DNA of 64,000 nt, from the IMG/VR virus record IMGVR_UViG_3300009431_000004. One strand, 5' to 3'. Source of the stretch: a virus. Every line of letters starts with the position of its first letter. The stretch's first letter is position 1. The notes under the pieces are model-generated. The model was not told where the DNA came from, ran no database searches, and saw nothing but the letters and a program-made list of their open reading frames with translations. The translations under genes were made by a program, and so were the position numbers. Positions 55,852 to 64,000 of this stretch are shown here, in pieces.

Positions 55852-58800
55852 CAGTCTTCCTCGGCTCCTTGCGTAAACGCGCTCTGAAGATTACCGGAGG
55901 CATCCACGATATTCGTCACCGCAGGCCCGAGCGCGGCCACTGCTGCGCCGGTCTTTGCCCCTGCTGCGTCAAACGCTTCCTTCGACCCCTTAATCGTGTC
56001 CACGATGGAGGTAGGTCGCTGGTCCGGCAGGCTGCCCGCGAGGGCGTCCCGTGACATCTGCCAGCCCACCGCCCGCTCTGCCGACGTGGACATGAGCCAT
56101 GAAGTCACCCGGTCCTGCGTGCCATCGCCGTAGTCTGTCGGAACGGTGGTCGCGGGGGCCACGAACTTCACGAAGTCCTCCTGCCCCGCCGCTTCGAGGA
56201 GGGTGTTCGCCTCGGCCATCTTGCACTGACAGACGTTCTTGCCGACGGCCAAGGTCATGTCTGCCAGAGAGTAGGCCGCGTTGTTAATAGGCACCTTCTG
56301 GATACCGTCCTTGCCCTTCTCCGCGAACCAGTTGGACAGTCCGAACTGAAGGACATTCGGGTCGTCCGTCTCCACGGCCAGCCCGAGGTCGAGAATCTGC
56401 TTGTCGGTCAACCGGGTTTGGAGCTTCTCTAAGACGATTTTCTCCAAGGCGGTCCGGGCCTCGGGGGCGGCTAGTGTCTTCTTGACCGTCTTCGTCTTCC
56501 CGTCCAGCCCCGTTTCGGTCGTCGTAATCGTGATGGGTTGGCCCTTGATGAAAGCCCGCACAACTTGGTCGATGGTGTGCTTGTCGAGGAGCTGAAGAGG
56601 GTCTTGAGCGTGCATCACGGCGAAGACCCCTTCCGGGTCGATGTCCACGTCCCGGCCATACCGGAAAGCACCGATGACCTCGTAGCCGCCTGCATCGGAC
56701 ACCGGGAACACGGGACTCTGCACGTTGCCCTTGTAGGTCTTGAGCTTCCGCGTCTTCACCTTCGACCGGCGCTGGCTCGTTCCCGCCCCCGCCAACCCGT
56801 TGAAGGTACTCAAGGCCAGCTTGGCATCTTCTTCGCTCAACTGGGAGATTTTCATGACCTTGAACCACGACTTCCGGGCGCTCTCCATATCTCGAAACAG
56901 ACGGTATCCGAGGCCCTTTGAAGCGGCTTTATAGAATTGCTCAACGGTGTAGCCGCCGCCTCCTGAAAAAGCCGTGTCCCCTCCCGCCGTGGCCCCGATG
57001 AAGTCGTACTCCCCCATCACGGCGCTCATCGGGATGGATGTATTGCGGAAGGTTATCCCCGAGGGAAAGGCAAGTGCAGGGAACGCTGGCACTTTGTTCT
57101 GCTGTGCCGCTGGCAGCGCGGCCTTAGCAGCCACCGCTGCATCCACAAACTTCTGGGCCAGTTCCTCCCACGGGCCTTTAGTGATGGCCCCAAGGGTGGA
57201 GGTCAATCGGGTTTCCTCGTCCGAGGAGGCCAGCACCTTCTGATAGAAGGCCGTCCCCAGTGACTTCTGGGAACCCTTGGTCAAGTCCGGGTGGGAGGAC
57301 TTGGGCGAAGTCGTCGTAAGCGGCTTCTTCAGGGACACCTTGTGAGAGGCGAACATCAACTCCCGAATCTCACTGGTGGGCAACACCTCGCCGCTGGGTG
57401 CTTCCGGGTTGTTGGTGAAGACCTTGATGCCCCACTCCGGCTCCATCTCCCCGAGGGTCGCCGCAGGCACCTTGTCCCCAGCAGCGACCGTCTTCTTGGA
57501 GTCCTCCACGAAACCTATGACCTTCGGACCCTTCCAGACGGCCTCCAAGAATGGGTTGGATGTCTCGACGGCCTTGTCATCCACCGACTTCTTCACCTTG
57601 AAGTTGGGCTGTAGTTGTCCCTGATGTTCCTTGCTCGGGTGGGAAGCCGAGTAATACCGATAGGTTCCGGGCAGCGTCCCGTTGGTCATGATGGACTTCT
57701 TGTCCGAGAGCATGTCGAGGAGGCTCGACGGGGAGTTGATGTCCCCGAACGTCTCCCCCTCGGTCTGCTGCTTCGTCTTGTACGACTCCCCCACAACCGA
57801 GATGAGCTGGTTGAGGTACGAGATGTCCGTCTGCTGGCCCGGTTCCAGTGTTTCCCAGAAAGCCAGCTCCTCCGCACGAATATGACTGTTGGCATCCTTT
57901 ATCTGCTTTTCCAGCTTCTCCCAGTCCTTGGCAATCTTGTCGAGCGCCACTTTGTGGTCCGCCGCAGGCTTCAGGTTCCGCACTTGGGAATCGAGGGTTA
58001 CGAGGTCGGACTCCCATTTCCTGATATTGACCAGTTGCTCGTCCCGCTTCTGGACGTAGGCCGCCTTGTGGGCGTTGTAGGCCCCAGCGAGCTTTCTGAT
58101 GTCCTTGGCACCCGACGGAGCCGACCCCCCGCTTTCCGAGAAGTAGAACGAGATGTTCCCCATCTCCGATACCGCCGACTTGTAGACAGGGCCGGGGTTA
58201 CTGGGGTCCTCGGTCGTCAGGACTTTGAGTTGGACGGCCTGCTTCAGGAAATTGTTGATGGTGTCCTCATTGTCGAGGACAGCAACATCAGACCCCACGA
58301 TAAAGAACAGCGGGTTTAGCTGCTCAGGGTCGAGCGCCATGACCACGTTAGGGAAGCCTGCCAGCCGGGGACGGTCTGCCATGTCCAACACCTCCAACGG
58401 CCTCTGGGGGAGCCGGGTATTGGAGAGGTCGATGGCGTCGATGCCGGTCTTGTCCACCCTGCCGGGCGCGTAGAACTTGGACCGCTTCCCGACGAGCTGG
58501 ATGGTGGTGGTGCATTGACCACCCACAGAGAAGCTGTGCGCGAAGGAGTTGTTGTAGTAGAAGCAATCGAGGTACGCAATATAGACCGGGTAGCCGGGCC
58601 GAATCTCGGGCCGCAACGGGATGGTTAGCGACGCCGAAGTCGTAGGGACGTTCATCACATCCATGCGGTTCACGGCAGCGAAAAACATGCTCTTGGGGTC
58701 GTTGAAGTAGGCTGTCTCGTAGTCGCCGGGCCGCCAGCCAAATTGGGCCACCAGCCGGTAGTCGATGTACTGGCCCTTGACGCCCCACTCATTCTCCATC

Positions 58801-60908
58801 CCGTGGCCCGCCAAATTCTTGATTTGGGAACCCTTCACGGTCATGTACGTGACCTGCGGCTCCTTCTCGTCGAAGTTGATGGAGATGATGTCGATGTCCT
58901 CGATGCGGTAGACCCGCGAGGACGAGGTGTCCATGTTATACATCGGCGGCTTGAACACGAAATCGCCATCCACGTCTTGGTAGAACTCGAACCCCGTGAC
59001 CTCACAGACTCTCTGGATGATGTCGAGCTTCGATTCGTAGGTGGCCTCGAACAGTTGAACCTGCCCGAAGTTACCGATGTTGGCCACGAACGCCTGCATC
59101 TCCACCATGTTCATCTCGAACTGCGGGGTCTTGGCGTTGGTGCCACCGGGCTGGGAACGCCGAAGCCATTGAAGTGCCTCCAACTTCCTGTTGTTGAACA
59201 TCCCGAGGGAAAGTGCCTGTTGCAGGATGCTCCCCGTGTCCGCCTGACCGGACTTGTCGAACCGCTCCCGCATCAGTCTGGTCAGTTGAGAACTCTTGGT
59301 CTGGGAGAGCCACGCGGCCTGCGCGGAGTTGAACAGCTCCCCCGTCGCCCCGTGCATCCTGAGCTTGATGTCCCGTGTCTGGAATCGACGTTCCCAGTAG
59401 CGCAGGTTCAGGGAGAACAGGGACTCCCCTGTCACCGGGCTGCGGGCGTCCTGATTCGTCTTATGGGACAGCGCCCATTCCACGCCTGCGGCGGACCCGG
59501 CCACGTCGTGGTGCATCTTGTAGATGATTTCGTAGGGGTGCATCCCCGTGAAGTTGTGGCCCACGAGGGACATCTTGAGCTTCGAGTTGTGCGGGCGTGC
59601 GCCGAACAGCGACGCATTGGTCGAGACACGCTGGTACTCCCAGAAATGGAGCATCGAGGCACACTGGATGGAGACAGTCTGGACCCCACCGCTATAGGAA
59701 TGCGAAACCTGCGTGATAACCCCGTGGAAGACGTGGTAGTAGGGGTACGCGAGGATATTCTCGATGTCCTTGCCGGACAGGCCAGCCTCATCCAACGCCG
59801 ATTCCCCGAAATCAGGGGGCTTCGTGACAGGTGAGATGTCTGTCTCTTCCGGGGTGTCCTGCCCGAGAACCTGATTGAGATTTGGCACTTCGTCCCCGAC
59901 GGCAGGTGGGTTCAGGGACGCACCCTCGGAATTGTACGCATCGACGAGATGCTGGCCGCCATGTTCCTTGGCCCACGCCAGAGAATCGGCGGTGTTGAGT
60001 TCCGTGCCGTCCGCCAGCGTGATGTGGAACCATTGGTCGCCACCTTGTTTGGGGTAAGGGAACCCGTAGTGGCCCCGAAAGTCGTAGTGAGTTGATGATG
60101 TCTTCCCTGTCTCGGGATTCTTGTAGAAGCCGTTGCCCCCGGTTGGTAGCCGCCCGGCATTCTCCAACGCCCACGTCCCGGCCCAGACCTCCTCTACTGG
60201 AACTTGCTTCTTGTCCCCGTTCTCGTCCCAGTAGAACACGCGGTAGTCAGTGGCAGCCCCTTGACCGTGGTTGGCTGAGTCGCTGCGCCCATCGACATGG
60301 CTGCCTATCCAGACCTTGGCGTTCGGGTACTTCTGCTGCCAATATCGCTCGACGACTTCCACGACCCCGGCGGAGATGGTAGACCACGGATACCCGTCTT
60401 TGGCCATGCCTTGCGTCTTCCACTTGTTCTTCAGGTCGTCTGGCACCTTGCTGAAGTCGATGTCCCCGAATTCATCAGTGGAATGGCCACCTTCCAGACC
60501 TGCGAGAGGCGCTCCCGACACCGTGAACTCGTCGTGGTCTTCCAAGTCCTTCAAGTTCTGGGGCTGGTCGAGGTTCGAGTACATCCCCTTCACCGGGAAG
60601 TACCCACGCTCGTAGATGTGGACTTCGAGGCCGGGTCGCAGGATGAACTTCGCGTCGCGGGCGAACGCCTCGTTGTGGTGGATGGGGATGGACAGCGTGA
60701 AGCTGGCCGACGCCCCGCCGGGTTCCACCCCGGCGTCCACCGACACCTCGGTTATAAACTGCTGAATGTCGATTTTGCCGTTGCACTTCGGGCAGCCGGG
60801 GATGGCCAAGTCGCCGTTCAGGTAGACCAGCGCATCCGGGGTGTGCTGGACCACCTGCTTGCCAGCCAGTTGCCAGCTACCGACGTATGGCCGATGTTCG
60901 ACACCCAT
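55851..60908 (-). CDS. Baseplate hub protein (gp27/gpD-like, 1685 aa) with inserted M15-family peptidase domain
   Basis: VFHGVITQV, FEFYQDVDGDFVFKPPMYN and SLTIPLRPEIRPGYPV hub motifs; insert contains HGQGAATD...GGNGFY...HYDFRG. Confidence 0.8.
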   Translation of the reverse strand: MGVEHRPYVGSWQLAGKQVVQHTPDALVYLNGDLAIPGCPKCNGKIDIQQFITEVSVDAGVEPGGASASFTLSIPIHHNEAFARDAKFILRPGLEVHIYERGYFPVKGMYSNLDQPQNLKDLEDHDEFTVSGAPLAGLEGGHSTDEFGDIDFSKVPDDLKNKWKTQGMAKDGYPWSTISAGVVEVVERYWQQKYPNAKVWIGSHVDGRSDSANHGQGAATDYRVFYWDENGDKKQVPVEEVWAGTWALENAGRLPTGGNGFYKNPETGKTSSTHYDFRGHYGFPYPKQGGDQWFHITLADGTELNTADSLAWAKEHGGQHLVDAYNSEGASLNPPAVGDEVPNLNQVLGQDTPEETDISPVTKPPDFGESALDEAGLSGKDIENILAYPYYHVFHGVITQVSHSYSGGVQTVSIQCASMLHFWEYQRVSTNASLFGARPHNSKLKMSLVGHNFTGMHPYEIIYKMHHDVAGSAAGVEWALSHKTNQDARSPVTGESLFSLNLRYWERRFQTRDIKLRMHGATGELFNSAQAAWLSQTKSSQLTRLMRERFDKSGQADTGSILQQALSLGMFNNRKLEALQWLRRSQPGGTNAKTPQFEMNMVEMQAFVANIGNFGQVQLFEATYESKLDIIQRVCEVTGFEFYQDVDGDFVFKPPMYNMDTSSSRVYRIEDIDIISINFDEKEPQVTYMTVKGSQIKNLAGHGMENEWGVKGQYIDYRLVAQFGWRPGDYETAYFNDPKSMFFAAVNRMDVMNVPTTSASLTIPLRPEIRPGYPVYIAYLDCFYYNNSFAHSFSVGGQCTTTIQLVGKRSKFYAPGRVDKTGIDAIDLSNTRLPQRPLEVLDMADRPRLAGFPNVVMALDPEQLNPLFFIVGSDVAVLDNEDTINNFLKQAVQLKVLTTEDPSNPGPVYKSAVSEMGNISFYFSESGGSAPSGAKDIRKLAGAYNAHKAAYVQKRDEQLVNIRKWESDLVTLDSQVRNLKPAADHKVALDKIAKDWEKLEKQIKDANSHIRAEELAFWETLEPGQQTDISYLNQLISVVGESYKTKQQTEGETFGDINSPSSLLDMLSDKKSIMTNGTLPGTYRYYSASHPSKEHQGQLQPNFKVKKSVDDKAVETSNPFLEAVWKGPKVIGFVEDSKKTVAAGDKVPAATLGEMEPEWGIKVFTNNPEAPSGEVLPTSEIRELMFASHKVSLKKPLTTTSPKSSHPDLTKGSQKSLGTAFYQKVLASSDEETRLTSTLGAITKGPWEELAQKFVDAAVAAKAALPAAQQNKVPAFPALAFPSGITFRNTSIPMSAVMGEYDFIGATAGGDTAFSGGGGYTVEQFYKAASKGLGYRLFRDMESARKSWFKVMKISQLSEEDAKLALSTFNGLAGAGTSQRRSKVKTRKLKTYKGNVQSPVFPVSDAGGYEVIGAFRYGRDVDIDPEGVFAVMHAQDPLQLLDKHTIDQVVRAFIKGQPITITTTETGLDGKTKTVKKTLAAPEARTALEKIVLEKLQTRLTDKQILDLGLAVETDDPNVLQFGLSNWFAEKGKDGIQKVPINNAAYSLADMTLAVGKNVCQCKMAEANTLLEAAGQEDFVKFVAPATTVPTDYGDGTQDRVTSWLMSTSAERAVGWQMSRDALAGSLPDQRPTSIVDTIKGSKEAFDAAGAKTGAAVAALGPAVTNIVDASGNLQSAFTQGAEED

Positions 60909-60909
60909 C

Positions 60910-62352
60910 CTATCTCCTGAAAGGCTGCGCTCGGCCCGGCGCAGCCTGTGTGACGGTCAGAGGTGAGGACACCGAGGAACTCTGGAACCCGTCTGTCCCC
61001 ATACTCTGCTGGGCGACCCCCTTGGGCTGCCCTATCTCCGAGGCTCGCGGCGTCTGATAGTCAGGGTTGCCCGTCACGAGCTGCGTGGCATCCTGCGGGA
61101 GGAGTGTCCCGAAAGCCTCCGACGGACTGACTTCGCGCCCCTGCGTCGTCAAGGTGAGTCCGTCCGTGCCAGCCCCCACCGCGTATTCCCCGGACTTGTT
61201 CTGGGACTTGCCGGTGTACCGCATGTCAAGGAGACTCGGCATGGGTGCCTTCATCGGCAGGACCGCCATGGACGGGGAGGAGGTGTCCGCCATCATGGAG
61301 ACGACGAACTCCATCGAGAACTCGATGCCGCCGTTGGGCTGGGAGTCCTGATAGGCGTAGGAGAACGACCCCATGTGACCGTAGTAGACCCAGCCGTCGT
61401 AGTGGATGGAGAGCATCCCGACGAAGTGGTGGGCGTTGGACCGACCCCGCGTGTCGTAGATGTACCCGTTGCTCCGGTACAGGGTAAAGGCGTTCATGAG
61501 GTTCTGCCACGCGACGGAATCGTTCTTCGAGGCGAAACTCACCCCGCGCCCGCCGGAGACAAAAGCACCGCACTTGGCCGTGATGGTCAGCTTGGGCTGG
61601 TCCTCGCCCCATGCGTGGAAGATGTACCCGAAGCGGGAACGGTCTTGGAACTGCTGAATCTTCGAGATGGAGATTTGCAGGTTCGAGGGATTGATGAGCA
61701 GCACCAACGGAGGCGTGTTCATGGCCGCCGAGAGCTGCATCGAGATGTCCACCGCCGTCAGCAGGTCCGCGATGGCGGGCTTCCCCAGACGGGCGGTGCT
61801 GGTAGAGTTCCCTGCGCCGTCGGACAGCGTGCCGTCGCCCTTCGGGTTCTTGGCCGTCCCTGCCGAGGAATTCTGAACGACGTACTCTTCAGTGGACCCC
61901 GTGGTGTAGTCGATGCCGGAGATACCGGACACAGCCAGATTGGCTCGGGCCTTTTGTACCAGCGACACCGAAGACGCCCCCGCCGTCCTGTAAATCTCCG
62001 GGGAGATACCGGGGGACTCGTCCCCGTTCAAGCGACCCCCGTCCTCCCCGAACGCAAGGGGTGGTTCCACCTGAATCATGAAGGGGGACAGGTTCCGCAG
62101 GAGGGCGTTGGACATCTCGATGGGGACAGCCTGCTGGGCGTCGTACTCGATTTGGATGTCCGGGCCGGTCCGTAGCCCCTTGAAGGCTTCCGGGGGCGGA
62201 GGTGTGACAACCGCCGCCTCGACCTGCTTGGCACGGGCCGACTCGTAGTCGTTCAACGCCCCAACGTCCGCCAGCAATCCTCCACCGGAGGGGGTGCCGT
62301 CTGCGGTCGTGGGCGGAGACGTGAGTGTCTCCATGGAAGTGAACCCTGCCAT
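60910..62352 (-). CDS. Tube-initiator-like protein 2 (480 aa)
   Basis: LLINPSNLQISISK...WGED...YYGHMGSFSY...FSMEFVV tube-fold pattern; paralog of the next gene. Confidence 0.65.
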   Translation of the reverse strand: MAGFTSMETLTSPPTTADGTPSGGGLLADVGALNDYESARAKQVEAAVVTPPPPEAFKGLRTGPDIQIEYDAQQAVPIEMSNALLRNLSPFMIQVEPPLAFGEDGGRLNGDESPGISPEIYRTAGASSVSLVQKARANLAVSGISGIDYTTGSTEEYVVQNSSAGTAKNPKGDGTLSDGAGNSTSTARLGKPAIADLLTAVDISMQLSAAMNTPPLVLLINPSNLQISISKIQQFQDRSRFGYIFHAWGEDQPKLTITAKCGAFVSGGRGVSFASKNDSVAWQNLMNAFTLYRSNGYIYDTRGRSNAHHFVGMLSIHYDGWVYYGHMGSFSYAYQDSQPNGGIEFSMEFVVSMMADTSSPSMAVLPMKAPMPSLLDMRYTGKSQNKSGEYAVGAGTDGLTLTTQGREVSPSEAFGTLLPQDATQLVTGNPDYQTPRASEIGQPKGVAQQSMGTDGFQSSSVSSPLTVTQAAPGRAQPFRR

Positions 62353-63113
62353 CAGACCCCTCCTCCGCGCCCATCAGGCAGCAAGAACGGAGCGGCCTCC
62401 CCGAGGCCACCTTCCCCGACCGGGGTGTTCTGGGCGAAGTCCAAGAGGCTGTCCGGGGAAGTCCCCGTCCCCAGCCCCGGTGTGTACCCGAGCTGGTAGG
62501 GCAGCGTGCGGAACCGCTGTGCCTCGAAGCTGACCGTAAAGGTAGCCGTCAGGGCGAACTGGTAAGGCTTATCCGCCGCCTCCGTAATGTTGAAATCGGA
62601 GAACCACCCGATGTAGACGCCACCGTCGAAGGTGATTTTGATGGCCCCGTTGAACACAATCTGGCCCGTGAGGTCGTAGACACAGCCGTTGTTGTGGAAC
62701 AGGGCCAGCAGGTCGAGGTACTTGTCGTAGGCCAACGTCTCGCGGCGGGTGCCTCCTGCCGGGTAAGCCCCCGGCCCGCCTGTGGTGTTCGAGAGGCCCG
62801 AGTAGAGCCGCATGAAACCACCCGTCACCATGTCGAAGCTGATGGACCGTGCGCCCTCGCCCCAGTGCTGCTCGACGTAGCCGCCCTTGGTCTGGATGCG
62901 CTCGATGACCTTCGCGTAGGTGAGGGACATGGAAGTCGGGTTGACGTGGAGGACCATCTTGAGGCCCTCGGGGAGGATGCTCGTCTCCATGTCCGGGGCG
63001 AGGATGTCGAACACGACCGGCTTGATGCCCTTGTTGCGGTCGAACTCGTCCTGCGGCGAGTTGAAGGCCCCCTTGAAAACAGGGAGGACACTGGCTGAAA
63101 GGTTCGCAGGCAT
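62352..63113 (-). CDS. Tube-initiator-like protein 1 (253 aa)
   Basis: LHVNPTSMSLTYAK...HWGEG...YIGWFSDFNITE...FTV; lies between tape measure and hub. Confidence 0.7.
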   Translation of the reverse strand: MPANLSASVLPVFKGAFNSPQDEFDRNKGIKPVVFDILAPDMETSILPEGLKMVLHVNPTSMSLTYAKVIERIQTKGGYVEQHWGEGARSISFDMVTGGFMRLYSGLSNTTGGPGAYPAGGTRRETLAYDKYLDLLALFHNNGCVYDLTGQIVFNGAIKITFDGGVYIGWFSDFNITEAADKPYQFALTATFTVSFEAQRFRTLPYQLGYTPGLGTGTSPDSLLDFAQNTPVGEGGLGEAAPFLLPDGRGGGV

Positions 63114-63121
63114 CAGTTATC

Positions 63122-64000
63122 TCATCCCGGCAACACGCCAGCCGACTGCGCTTTCTCGATGGTTCTGAGCGAGCCGGGGCCGTCGTTGTAGAGGTGGAAG
63201 ATATTGGTGGCCCCGCCCCCTGCACCAGCACCCGCGAGAGCGCCTCCGGGCTTGGCGAACACACCCACGTCTCCGGGGTCCACCCGCTGGGCGAACTTCA
63301 CTCCCCGGCTCCCAATCTGCATCACAATGTCGTGGGCGACACCCGACACAATCCCTTTCTCCCCCAACTTTTTGTAGAACTCGCTTCCCTTCTCCCCCAG
63401 CATCTCTTCGGTCGAGAGGTAGTCCCCTTGCAAGAACTTCTTGGCCTGCACCTGCATCTGCGGCATATCCCGGTAGGACTTGCCGGTTAGCGACATGAGC
63501 AGTCCCGCAACTGCCGCCTCATCCTGTTCTCTCTGCTCCTTGGACAACTCTTTCTTCCTCAACTTCTCCCACTCTTGGAAGAACTCTTTGCGCCCCCGCT
63601 TGTCCGCCGTCCTGTCCTTCTGTTCCTTGGCTACAACGTCGTCATGAGCGCGTTTCTCCGCAGCAGCGATGGCTTGGGCCACCGACGCCATCTCGGTGGT
63701 CTGCAACATCGCCTGCTTCAAGTCTTCGGCGGCGTAGTGCTCCCAGTCCCCGGTAAGGGACTGCACCGCACCACCTCTACGAACCGCCTCTACTTGCCCA
63801 TAAGCATGAGCGGGGACATGCGTGCCGGACGGGGCTTTGGCATATTTCTCCACTATCACCCTAGACATGCTTTCCTTGTACTTGGCAAATTCCTCGGGGC
63901 CGAGCTTGGCCTCAATGGCGGCATACGCTTTCCTGTACCCGGCGTCTTCATCGCCTTCAAGTACACCTTCCCGTTGACCCCGCTTGATTTCCAACATGGC
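63122..64000 (-). CDS. Probable tape-measure protein, C-terminal fragment
   Basis: Frame is open to the window edge; helical Lys/Glu/Ala-rich sequence ending GGGATNIFHLYN; canonical position before tube initiators. Confidence 0.55.
   Translation of the reverse strand, partial: AMLEIKRGQREGVLEGDEDAGYRKAYAAIEAKLGPEEFAKYKESMSRVIVEKYAKAPSGTHVPAHAYGQVEAVRRGGAVQSLTGDWEHYAAEDLKQAMLQTTEMASVAQAIAAAEKRAHDDVVAKEQKDRTADKRGRKEFFQEWEKLRKKELSKEQREQDEAAVAGLLMSLTGKSYRDMPQMQVQAKKFLQGDYLSTEEMLGEKGSEFYKKLGEKGIVSGVAHDIVMQIGSRGVKFAQRVDPGDVGVFAKPGGALAGAGAGGGATNIFHLYNDGPGSLRTIEKAQSAGVLPG

Noticed and set aside
40503-60908. Inteins explaining the giant protein sizes
   Set aside because: No Cys-start/His-Asn-end splice motifs or LAGLIDADG blocks recognised.
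27-62175. Long plus-strand ORFs (e.g. 27..1622, 1830..3908, 8428..11607, 12142..15948, 16218..19163, 24170..28048, 40812..43703, 47775..49730)
   Set aside because: Antisense shadows of high-GC3 minus-strand genes; Val/Arg/His-biased, no motifs, fully overlapping well-supported genes.
1-64000. tRNA, rRNA, CRISPR arrays, IS elements
   Set aside because: The window is almost fully coding, the largest gap is ~285 nt, and none of these signatures was seen.

Overview
High-GC window holding one contiguous, tightly packed minus-strand module of 26 genes for a very large contractile (myovirus/CIS-type) tail baseplate, most likely from a jumbo phage. Order in transcription direction (64000 to 1): tape-measure C-terminus; two paralogous tube-initiator-like genes; a 1685-aa hub with an inserted M15-type peptidase; an 808-aa gp5/VgrG-like spike; a 202-aa threefold-repeat protein; a 3823-aa giant; three unknowns; gp25-like, baseplate-J-like and gpI-like wedge genes; then 224-2084 aa fibre/appendage proteins, including a beta-helix tailspike and two paralogous fibre-attachment proteins. 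Four free-standing homing-endonuclease-like genes (two HNH, one GIY-YIG, one degenerate PD-(D/E)xK) are interleaved. The only plus-strand gene is a Cys-rich lipoprotein. A fixed-spacing motif, CRRTR-N6-YTAT-N13-TRR, occurs in every upstream gap longer than 40 nt and once inside a gene, and is probably the late promoter. No sheath, capsid, tRNA or CRISPR was seen. All family calls are from motif recognition by eye; no database search was run.
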